A DNA stretch of 17,725 nucleotides from Methanotrichaceae archaeon (GCA_963754945.1 CAVWIG010000001.1:1-17725), one strand, 5' to 3'; positions 1 through 7,350 are shown, numbered from the stretch's first letter. Made by a program: numbers and translations. Notes: generated by a model not told the origin, from the letters alone.

Positions 1-44
1 CTTATGTAACTATCTACCCGTATCGTCTCATCTCGTCAAATGCA

Positions 45-290
45 ACTGCAGATGTTCGTCCTTGGTTCGCGTGTCGCTCGCGGTCCCGTCGCTCCAATGC
101 CGGGCAGCATCATCCTCCGCCAGGCGACCCGTTTGACGTCGGTGCCCGCTCGCGCCTAGAGCAGCCACTGAAGGTCACTTTGGCAGTGCGGGCCGCCCGT
201 CGGGCCTAGGCAGCGGAATGATGCTTGGGTCGGTATGGTTCGCTCATCTGAATGCAGACGTCACGAACGAGCGCCAACGAGCACGCATGC
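45..290. other. GC-rich non-coding element forming a long imperfect hairpin (structured RNA or palindromic mobile/repeat element; family not recognised)
   Basis: Nested complementary arms: agcatcat(cc)tccgc 106-120 with gcggaatgatgct 213-225; aggc(ga)cccg 122-131 with cgggcct 201-207; gcccgc 144-149 with gcgggc 188-193; gcca 164-167 with tggc 181-184; outer gcgtg/cgctcg 69-80 with cgagcg...cacgc 268-286. No ORF of 60 aa or more covers it. Confidence 0.5.
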
Positions 291-391
291 ACTAAAATAA
301 GGGGCAGAATAAGGGCAGACTAAGCGGCTTATGCAGTTGGTAGATGTTTGGACCTCAAAGGATAAAGGCCGAACATAACCCTTAAAACCGT

Positions 392-404
392 AAAATTTTT
401 TATA
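392..404 (+). promoter_or_regulatory. Putative archaeal BRE/TATA box for the DUF362 gene
   Basis: AAAA-TTTTTTATA about 17-23 bp upstream of the ATGs at 421/427. Confidence 0.45.
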
Positions 405-420
405 GAATGTCAGCACAACT

Positions 421-1341
421 ATGACTATGGAGCAGACGGTGAGATCAAAGGTCTTCCTGATAAGCGCATCCAAAAGAGATGATGGCATCAAGAGGCTACT
501 AGAGGAGTTTGATCTCGGCGGCAGTGAAAGCATTGCCCTGAAGGCTAACTATAATAGCGATGATCCATTCCCGGCAACAACTCATATCGATGCCCTTCGG
601 TCTTTGGTTGAAGGCCTGAAGGCTGCCGGATCATCCAAGATAACCATGGCTGAGCGAAGCGGCATGGGGGTTACTCGTGAAGTGCTGAAGAACCGGGGTG
701 TCTTCGACCTAGCAGAGCGGCTTGGCTTTGAGGTTGTAGATCTTGACCTTGTCGGCGCTGGAGAATGGAAGGATAAACCGCCTGACGGGCTTCACTGGAG
801 GCATGGCTTCAAGATCTCTCGGATCTTCGTCGAGTCGGACAAAGTTGTTCAAACCTGCTGCCTCAAGACTCACAGATTCGGAGGGCATTTTACTCTGTCC
901 CTCAAGAACTCAGTCGGCCTGGTAGCAGCCAGGCCCGAAGGATCGTCCTACGATTACATGAGGGAGCTTCATACCTCTCCTTTCCAGCGGCTCATGATTG
1001 CAGAGATAAACGAGTTCTACAGGACGGATCTGGTCCTCATGGATGCAGCGTTGGGTTTTTCAAATGGTGGCCCGGAGAAAGGCAAGCTGATCAGACCAAA
1101 TCTGCTCATAGCCAGCAAGGACCGCGTGGCCGCGGATGCCGTGGGCGTAGCGCTTCTGAGACATTATGGCTCTACACCTGAAGTCATGAACGGGCGTATA
1201 TTCGACCAAGAGCAGATATCGAGGGCTGCAAGCATTGGTGTGGGCGTGAAATCTGCCGATAAGATCGATCTTGTGCCGCTCGACGATGAAGGCCGGAATG
1301 TGGGTGAGACGATCCGGAAGATGCTCGATACGCAGGGGTAA
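421..1341 (+). CDS. DUF362 domain-containing protein (putative Fe-S-related protein)
   Basis: 306-aa ORF with family motifs LKANYNS.DPFPATTH, AERSGMG, CCLKTHRFGGHFTLSLKNSVG and DRVAADAVG. The start may instead be ATG 427. Confidence 0.85.
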   Translation: MTMEQTVRSKVFLISASKRDDGIKRLLEEFDLGGSESIALKANYNSDDPFPATTHIDALRSLVEGLKAAGSSKITMAERSGMGVTREVLKNRGVFDLAERLGFEVVDLDLVGAGEWKDKPPDGLHWRHGFKISRIFVESDKVVQTCCLKTHRFGGHFTLSLKNSVGLVAARPEGSSYDYMRELHTSPFQRLMIAEINEFYRTDLVLMDAALGFSNGGPEKGKLIRPNLLIASKDRVAADAVGVALLRHYGSTPEVMNGRIFDQEQISRAASIGVGVKSADKIDLVPLDDEGRNVGETIRKMLDTQG

Positions 1342-1361
1342 GCCTGGAACGGAAAAATTAA

Positions 1362-1423
1362 GGTTAGCCCTGAGATAGTATCGAATTGCATTCGAAAGCT
1401 CATGAGTTGGCATTTCTGTCAAG
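1362..1423 (+). repeat. Imperfect direct repeat, copy 1 (left boundary of the AT-rich block)
   Basis: ggttagccctga-gat-agtatcga...aaagct-c-atga-g-tt-g-gc...tgtcaag aligns with 4221-4279; about 46 of 62 columns identical in a hand alignment, and the first 12 nt are identical. Confidence 0.8.
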
Positions 1424-1486
1424 GCGCATAAATCCAAAAATCGTTTAAGGTCTAGGACGCAAATGCAGAGTGAGGGAATGATGCTT

Positions 1487-2275
1487 CTATGCACCAAATT
1501 CTCGCCGTAAAGTAGCAAGCACCTCTCCAAATGTCTCTTTAATGTTCTCTTTTCCATATCTGATTTGCTGAACACCGTAAAGGTTCGAGAATTCCTCTGT
1601 ATCTTCCTCCAGCAATACAATAGCCCTTGTGAAGCCCAAACGCCCCTGGAAAAGACCGAGTTCATGAATGACATTTTGCCTGGCTCGCATTTTCCCATCA
1701 TCAGTCTCGTCTTCGCCCGTCATTACAATAACAGCAAAGGATGCTTTATCTAACATTTCCTCTAATATGTCCCGTATCTCGTGGCCCGCTCGTGCACCTG
1801 TCTCATACGCTATAACGCCATATTCATGTTTTTCGTGAAGATGGTCTTTTAATTCCTTCCATTGTGCGCTATTTCCATGTCCGATAAAAACATTGGGCAT
1901 CTGCTTTGGTGGAACAGGTAAAGGCGGCAACCTACACTTGTCTATATTATTTTCAAACACCTCAAACACAGCCTCTACATGACGGATTTCTCGTGTGCTA
2001 ACTGCGACAGTTACATCTCTTCCACTTGCCTCAATTTTGATCTCGCCAAAATTCATGAAAGCTTTATTATAAAGAGATGAATGATGATCTATCCTATAAC
2101 GCGAAAAAAATTCCTCGTCTGTATTATACCACATTTTTTCAAGTTCCGTATTGATTTGACGGCACCATAATACAACTTGCTGCTCTCCGACAAAAGAAGA
2201 TTCGAGAATTTCAGTTGCCTTTTTTATAACATCTGGTGAAAATCGCACGTCTCTATAGAGCTTTTCTTTTCGCAA
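1487..2275 (-). CDS. TIR-domain nucleotide-binding protein (Cap12/Pycsar-type TIR at the C-terminus; unrecognised N-terminal domain)
   Basis: C-terminal VFIGHG...FAVIVMTGED...RARQNVIHELGLFQGRLG...EFSNLYG motifs with the putative catalytic Glu. TTG 2275 preferred as start because of GGGGT upstream and a TATA at 2308-2314; the longest ORF starts at 2299. Confidence 0.85.
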   Translation of the reverse strand: MRKEKLYRDVRFSPDVIKKATEILESSFVGEQQVVLWCRQINTELEKMWYNTDEEFFSRYRIDHHSSLYNKAFMNFGEIKIEASGRDVTVAVSTREIRHVEAVFEVFENNIDKCRLPPLPVPPKQMPNVFIGHGNSAQWKELKDHLHEKHEYGVIAYETGARAGHEIRDILEEMLDKASFAVIVMTGEDETDDGKMRARQNVIHELGLFQGRLGFTRAIVLLEEDTEEFSNLYGVQQIRYGKENIKETFGEVLATLRREFGA

Positions 2276-2307
2276 AGCTTGAACCCCACTACATCTCATC
2301 TACTGAA

Positions 2308-2320
2308 TATTAAAGCTTTT
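2308..2320 (-). promoter_or_regulatory. Putative BRE+TATA promoter of the TIR gene
   Basis: Minus strand reads AAAAGC-TTTAATA, ending about 32 bp upstream of TTG 2275. Confidence 0.45.
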
Positions 2321-2483
2321 ACTCTTCACGTATGTGTGCTCAGTGATCAATTGGAATTCTTGCAGACACCACAGAAGCTATGTAATTTCCGAACCAACAC
2401 TTCCTGGAGGATATGACCAGAAATGCCGGGGCCAAAAGCCTCAACAAGCTTATACGGAGCCTCTTTCCGAAATGCAGAGCGGT

Positions 2484-3185
2484 TCACACCTTCTTTGACG
2501 TCTTCTTCGCTATACGTTCCTTGAATTCCTGGTATCTGTCCGTGAGGTCATAGACATATTCGAAAATGGCATATACGAAGGATTGAAGATCTTCGGCGTC
2601 TTGACGTGAAATGGAACTTTCTTCAGCGTGTGCAGCTAGATTGCGAAATACACGCAGTTGTTGGCTCCAATCATAGAGCCGAGCATCAATGAATCCTTTG
2701 TCTTTGAGCATTTTGATACCATCTGCAAGCATCACCTTCTTCTTAGGTGGTTGAGTTGGTGTTTCAGCAGGTATCGGGAACGGTTCAGGATTAAGGACAT
2801 CCCGGCATAATGCTTCGAATGCTCGGCCAAGCATGACACAGGCAGCGATGTTCGCGTTTACCTGCAATGATCGATCAGCTTCAGAAAGCGATTCTCTAGC
2901 TGATCGTGGGATTCGGTGACTCAGGAATGTCTTCGGCGGATTTGGATAGATCCGAACAACATCGGACCATCTATCTTCCGCGGCGTCGTATCCTTCGAAA
3001 TCTACTTGATGGGATTCGCCCGCAAGTAGGCCACTACAACTTGGGCAAGAGCCAACAATCAACTTTGTCCCGAAGGGTTCACCGACATCCTCATCGAAAC
3101 CACCACTTGTGGCACTTCCTTCTTCAATTGCGGCAACTTTTGCCTTGCACCAAGGGCAGTCGATTATGAATGTCTTCTGAGTCAT
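2484..3185 (-). CDS. DUF4145 (HEPN-superfamily) protein with N-terminal CxxC...CxxC zinc-binding region; putative RNase toxin
   Basis: CPWC and CPSC pairs; AACVMLGRAFEALC helix; HEPN Rx4H motif RNLAAH; C-terminal ISRQDAEDL. Confidence 0.8.
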   Translation of the reverse strand: MTQKTFIIDCPWCKAKVAAIEEGSATSGGFDEDVGEPFGTKLIVGSCPSCSGLLAGESHQVDFEGYDAAEDRWSDVVRIYPNPPKTFLSHRIPRSARESLSEADRSLQVNANIAACVMLGRAFEALCRDVLNPEPFPIPAETPTQPPKKKVMLADGIKMLKDKGFIDARLYDWSQQLRVFRNLAAHAEESSISRQDAEDLQSFVYAIFEYVYDLTDRYQEFKERIAKKTSKKV

Positions 3186-3193
3186 AGGCCGCT

Positions 3194-4130
3194 TTATACC
3201 TTCAATTTATCGATGTGTGGTCTTAATGCTGCATCTAAGCGGATCATAGTATCGACCATAGCATTCTGGATTTCGGGCCACTTGGATTTCTCTTCACGAT
3301 AGCCGCCAATCTCTAGCGTTTTCATTATTCGGCATGCTCTTTTGTCATCTAGGCGTTGCCATTCCAGTTCTTCACCGAAATCAGCATTTATTTGGGCTTC
3401 ATTTTCGTGAATTGTATCAAATATTCTCTTATTCTTCCTTCTATTACCTGCATCAATGTAAAGCTCCACCTTTGCTGCATGCATGAGGATGTCATACTGG
3501 AAATATAAGCCGGTTTTTCCCGCAGCTGAAGCTACGTAGCTGCTCCTTTGTGGAGAAATGTTTGCGTGGAGATCGGTCTTATTTTTTGCCAATTTGAGCA
3601 ATTCATCCCAGAAATCGTATCGAATTTTATCGCGTCCATTTATGTCTTCTGGTGGTCTTTCAATCTTTTCCTGATCTTTTCCAACAATCAGTGTCAATTA
3701 AAGGTGCATGTTTGGAATCATCAATTTGTATAGCTTCTAATTTAAATAAATAAAATGATGCTCTTGTCGATTCATTGAGCCAATTGATTGCTTTGACGTG
3801 CTCAGGTCTTGGATAGGAGTTAATCCAAATTGCACTTTTTGCGCCAACCGCATTCAAATATGTGATTAGCTTTCCTAAATGGTCGTGGTCGCTCTTTTCG
3901 AGTTGATTTTCTATAATTACCGTGTCTCCGGAATCTGCCGTTGCAACCATATCTACTGAAAAGTCGCCTGCATCCTGCTCTATTTTTGCATCAGAAAGGT
4001 ATAAGTCTATCTCTTCATGTTCAAGGACTTCATTTAGAACTTCAATATTATCTTTGAGCCAAGGAGTGAAATTCTGCGCTTCATCTTCCCATACCTCACG
4101 TAGCTGTGCTCTTTGTAGCTTGCCAATCAT
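3194..4130 (-). pseudogene. PD-(D/E)XK (NucS-like) nuclease fused to DUF4268, split by a one-base insertion at ~3698 (pseudogene or sequencing error)
   Basis: ATG 4130 MIGKLQRAQLREVW...FSVDMVA...IIENQLEKSDHDHLGKLITY continues to HAPL. Minus strand CCT TTA [A] TTG ACA CTG restores APLLTLIVG and joins the DUF4268 half (FWDELL...LEWQRLDDKRACRI) that ends at TAA 3194. SD-like AGGTGG lies upstream of 4130. Confidence 0.8.
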
Positions 4131-4220
4131 AGTTCTAATCCCACCTAACTTAAGGCAGATTTCAAGAAGGCGCAGATGCTGTCCAAAGCAATTAACTTTT
4201 CCAAGAATGGTGTTAGCGTT

Positions 4221-4279
4221 GGTTAGCCCTGAACCAGTATCGAGTATACTCAAAAGCTTATGAATTAGCTTGTGTTAAG
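4221..4279 (+). repeat. Imperfect direct repeat, copy 2 (right boundary of the AT-rich block)
   Basis: ggttagccctga-acc-agtatcga...aaagct-t-atga-a-tt-a-gc...tgttaag; same orientation as 1362-1423. Confidence 0.8.
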
Positions 4280-4301
4280 ACTGTATCGATCCAAGAAAAC
4301 G

Positions 4302-4772
4302 TTAACGTCCGAACTTCTTTCCCGTCAGGCTCTCAATCTTAACTTTGATTATCACCGTGTTCGCGAGTTTCTGTTCAGGATACATGTAAGTCCCTTCAGT
4401 ATTTCCTTTAGAATAGTGGTGAGTTATGATGTCCAGAGCCATCCTTTTCTCTTCGACCTCGTCCACAAAAGACGCCTGGCCAAATCCGATCACGCTCCTG
4501 TACTTCATCTCAGATTCGCAAGGGAGATCAGCCCTGACCAGCTCATGGTCGATGTCCATCTCAAAGCAGACACAATCGTTCACCCTCAGTATGTCCAGCT
4601 TTTTGCCCTCTCCCGCTGAATGAATGTAGAGGTTCCCGTCCTTGTAACCGAAGCAGAGAGGAACGATGTAGGGACGATTATCCTCAGACATTGCCAGCCT
4701 GCAAACGGAGGCTGCGCCAATTATGGACTCTAGCTCTGATTGATCTTTAATCTCTCTGTCTCTTCTTCTCAT
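4302..4772 (-). CDS. Pyridoxamine 5'-phosphate oxidase family / NimA-like flavin-binding protein
   Basis: MRRRDREI start, PYIVPLCFGY, YIHSAGEGKKLDIL, VCFE, YRSVIGFG and LTGK end. Alternative start at 4790. Confidence 0.88.
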   Translation of the reverse strand: MRRRDREIKDQSELESIIGAASVCRLAMSEDNRPYIVPLCFGYKDGNLYIHSAGEGKKLDILRVNDCVCFEMDIDHELVRADLPCESEMKYRSVIGFGQASFVDEVEEKRMALDIITHHYSKGNTEGTYMYPEQKLANTVIIKVKIESLTGKKFGR

Positions 4773-4890
4773 ACTTTTCAGATGGTTCATTGTTTGTGCC
4801 TTTCTTTTCAGATAGATTTGATAGATTTTTCTTTCATCAATTGGTCAATTCAACGTATCGGTCTAAATGCTGCCAAATCTCGCAACTTCG

Positions 4891-5211
4891 CTAATCTTCC
4901 TTCGGGATGAACTTCATATCTGAGATGTCGACGTCCCAAGATCCAAGGTTCTTGTCCATAGAAAACCCCATGCTCAGCCAGAGGCCACCAGGAAACATGC
5001 TTTCTCCTGGATGATTTTCATTGAAATCGCTGAAGAGATCGTAGATTATACGCCATCCTCCTTCCCCAATGTGCGGCTTGCCTTCGAGGATGTACTCAAC
5101 ATTGTCCCAATTGGGAATAGCCAGCTTCAGAAGGCCGATGAGAACATCGCATTCCTTCGAGCTGGAGGAGAAGAGGGCCCTGACCTGCTCTTCGTTTAAA
5201 GTTGGTCTCAT
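4891..5211 (-). CDS. Hypothetical protein (106 aa, HP...GGLWLSMGFS.D..L..W motif)
   Basis: ATG-started ORF with globular composition, co-oriented with its neighbours and filling the intergenic space. Confidence 0.7.
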   Translation of the reverse strand: MRPTLNEEQVRALFSSSSKECDVLIGLLKLAIPNWDNVEYILEGKPHIGEGGWRIIYDLFSDFNENHPGESMFPGGLWLSMGFSMDKNLGSWDVDISDMKFIPKED

Positions 5212-5331
5212 AAAATTGCTTTCGGTATTGGCTCATCGAATATTTCAAGCTTTCAGATGCGAACATGAAGTGCGATACAAAGAAAAAGAGCGCTAAACCA
5301 GCTTATCGTTGATCGGAAAAGAAGAGAAGAA

Positions 5332-5553
5332 TTAGTGAGACGCACCGTGCGCCTCTGCGTGTCCTGCACCGTGGGGCGCGGCGTTGGTTCCGGCCTTCAC
5401 GATAAGGAAGTCCTTATCCAGATAGGCCTGGTGGCCAAGGTCGAGACATTCCTTGCAGATGTTGAAAGTGGTATCCTTCAGTCCGTGGATGGTAGCCTGC
5501 TTGGCCTTCACTATCACGGTCTCCTTGTCCACACCGCACAGCTGGCACTTCAT
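5332..5553 (-). CDS. Small putative zinc-binding protein (CxxC...CxxC) with His/Ala/Gly-rich C-terminus, 73 aa
   Basis: Strong SD GAGGTGA (5561-5567, overlapping the ubiX stop) 7 nt before ATG 5553; MKCQLC...CKEC...PHGAGHAEAHGASH. Confidence 0.75.
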   Translation of the reverse strand: MKCQLCGVDKETVIVKAKQATIHGLKDTTFNICKECLDLGHQAYLDKDFLIVKAGTNAAPHGAGHAEAHGASH

Positions 5554-5560
5554 GAGATCA

Positions 5561-6145
5561 TCACCTCTTTCCGGACTGATCCGAACCGTTATAAGCGTTT
5601 CCTTTCCAACGTGGGTACAGGTTGTTCTCCACGCCGATTGAGTCAAGAACCCTGCCGACAAGGACATCGATGAGATCGTCAAGGTTCTGCGGCCGAGAGT
5701 AGAAGGCAGGACAGGCGGGCAGAACCACGGCTCCCGCCTCTGTGACGGAGACCATATTCCTTAACTGGATCAGGCTCAGGGGCGTCTCTCTGGGCACTAT
5801 CACCAGCCTTCTTCTATCCTTGAGACAGATCTCCGCGCTTCTACCGATCAGGTTATCGGACATTCCGGATGCCACCCCAGCCAGGGTTTTCATGCTACAG
5901 GGAATTATCACCATGGCGTCAAAGCGGTAAGATCCGCTGGCGATGGATGCTGTGAAGTCGTCCTCGGCGTAGACATGATCGGCCAAATCCTCCACATCCT
6001 CCGGCGAAAAGTTTGTCTCCACTTCGATTATCTTTCTGGCCGAGTCTGTTATGACCAGGTGGATCACCATGCCTTGAAGAACCTGTAGCAGCCTGATTCC
6101 ATAGCCCACTCCCGATGCACCGCTGATGCCAACAACAACTTCCAA
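5561..6145 (-). CDS. ubiX: UbiX family flavin prenyltransferase
   Basis: GISGASG, ASIASGS, PCSMKTL, PRETPL and PAFY motifs; TTG start with GAGGT SD. Confidence 0.93.
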   Translation of the reverse strand: MEVVVGISGASGVGYGIRLLQVLQGMVIHLVITDSARKIIEVETNFSPEDVEDLADHVYAEDDFTASIASGSYRFDAMVIIPCSMKTLAGVASGMSDNLIGRSAEICLKDRRRLVIVPRETPLSLIQLRNMVSVTEAGAVVLPACPAFYSRPQNLDDLIDVLVGRVLDSIGVENNLYPRWKGNAYNGSDQSGKR

Positions 6146-6261
6146 GGAAATGACCTCTTTATATGACCTTTATTCTTCCATGTTATTTGGCCTGATCAAT
6201 GTAAAGATCTTTCTGCTATGCGATGATCTTGATCGGTTCTGAATCGCTGACTAAACAAACT

Positions 6262-6288
6262 AAAAAAAATGCGTTTTAAACGCTTTTT
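6262..6288 (-). terminator. Putative terminator after dys: palindrome followed by a T8 tract on the minus strand
   Basis: gcgttt-t-aaacgc (6271-6283) flanked by A8 (6262-6269) and T5 (6284-6288), 11 nt beyond the dys stop. Confidence 0.6.
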
Positions 6289-6299
6289 CGAACAAGCGA

Positions 6300-7217
6300 T
6301 TACGCACTCTTTGCCAGCCTGCTCAGGGTTGCTGCGGCGATGATGGGGAAGGTTATGGTCGCATCGCCATAAACTGTTACGTACCTCGCTTCGGCTGAGA
6401 TCTTTCCCCAGGAGATGGCCTCGGAGAGCGTTGCGCCAGAAAGCCCGCCGTTCTCGGGAGTGTCAGTTGTGAGCTGAATGGCCAAGTCGAAGCTCTTGGG
6501 TGTCACAAGCATAGATTGTAGGGCGAAGTTCTTGGGGACTCCACCTCCGATGATCATTATCCCTGCCCTCTCCGCCTCGTAGCAGATGTCGACGATCTCT
6601 TTGATGTCTGCGAGGGTGTCCACAAATAGGGGTTTATTCTGCCGATGCAGCCAGGCCTGCAGTCCGATCATGGAGTCGGACATCGCGGGACAGAAGACTG
6701 GTACGTGGCATTCGTAGGCCGATCTCAGGATGGATTTGGGGTCGGAGATCTTGGAGCCTATCAGCCTTAAGAACTCCGTGCCCGATATCGGATCAGTCCT
6801 CTCCGGCAGTATTGACTGCATCAGCTCCTCGAACTTGATGAAATGTTCGTCCGGCAAGAAAACGTCATAAATCCTGCTCATCCCTTCTTCCCTCAGAGCG
6901 GCATCGTCGGATTCGGGATTGCCCAGACAGTGCGACCCAAAAGACTCTATGACGTCGTGGACCAGGTTGGCGCCAGTTGTTACAAGGACATCGATGTGGC
7001 CGTCTCTTATCAGCCCTGACACGACGTTCCTCAACCCCGCTGGCACCATCGCGCCGGAGAGGGTGAAAAACCTGGTGTACTCTTCGCCCAGCATCTGCTC
7101 GTAGATGCCCACCGCCTCGGCCAATCTCCTGGCTCCAAAGCCGCAGTGCTCCATACCGGCCACAAGCTCAGCAATGCTCATCCCCGGACCGATCTCCATC
7201 TGACGAACGCTCTCCAT
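6300..7217 (-). CDS. dys: Deoxyhypusine synthase
   Basis: SGAMVPAG, TTGANLVHD, GGGVPKN, GGLSGATLSEAISWGKI (catalytic Lys) and GDATITFP motifs. Confidence 0.93.
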   Translation of the reverse strand: MESVRQMEIGPGMSIAELVAGMEHCGFGARRLAEAVGIYEQMLGEEYTRFFTLSGAMVPAGLRNVVSGLIRDGHIDVLVTTGANLVHDVIESFGSHCLGNPESDDAALREEGMSRIYDVFLPDEHFIKFEELMQSILPERTDPISGTEFLRLIGSKISDPKSILRSAYECHVPVFCPAMSDSMIGLQAWLHRQNKPLFVDTLADIKEIVDICYEAERAGIMIIGGGVPKNFALQSMLVTPKSFDLAIQLTTDTPENGGLSGATLSEAISWGKISAEARYVTVYGDATITFPIIAAATLSRLAKSA

Positions 7218-7300
7218 CTGCTCACCTTAATGATGACAAATTTGTTTTTTTAGTTCTAGAATTATTGAGATTTAAGCCTGGCAATGCGAAATGGTTTCTC

Positions 7301-7314
7301 ATAAACCTTTTATA
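7301..7314 (+). promoter_or_regulatory. Putative BRE/TATA box of the fpo operon
   Basis: ATAAACC-TTTTATA about 25 bp upstream of the GGAGGAG SD (7339-7345) that precedes ATG 7351. Confidence 0.6.
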
Positions 7315-7350
7315 CCAGACCTTATGTTTAGCTTTTACGGAGGAGAAACA

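Noticed and set aside
45-290. SRP RNA, RNase P RNA or tRNA
   Set aside because: No helix-8 CAGG..GGAA..AGCA motif, no GAGGAAAGTCC and no cloverleaf/TTCGA arrangement on either strand.
1060-1701. 213-aa minus-strand ORF
   Set aside because: It overlaps both the TIR gene (out of frame) and DUF362 (antisense) and has no recognisable motifs.
3695-3704. Programmed +1 ribosomal frameshift
   Set aside because: There is no zero-frame stop or slippery run at the site, and the +1 frame has TAA immediately before the TTG, so re-pairing is implausible.
4143-4228. Integron attC-like site: ACCTAAC at 4143-4149 and GTTAGCG/GTTAGCC at 4212-4228, next to the nuclease start
   Set aside because: R-box-like ends are present, but the internal sequence does not form the required L-box stem and there is no intI in the window.
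4131-4253. N-terminal 41-aa extension of the nuclease ORF
   Set aside because: Family-like sequence begins at MIGKL (4130) with its own SD, and the extension runs into the non-coding boundary repeat.
1362-4279. CRISPR array or composite transposon
   Set aside because: Only two repeats 2.8 kb apart, with no spacer periodicity, no terminal inverted repeats and no transposase.
6150-6169. ATGACCT direct repeat (13-bp period) upstream of ubiX
   Set aside because: Only 7 bp long, and one copy is explained by the SD sequence; insufficient to call an operator.
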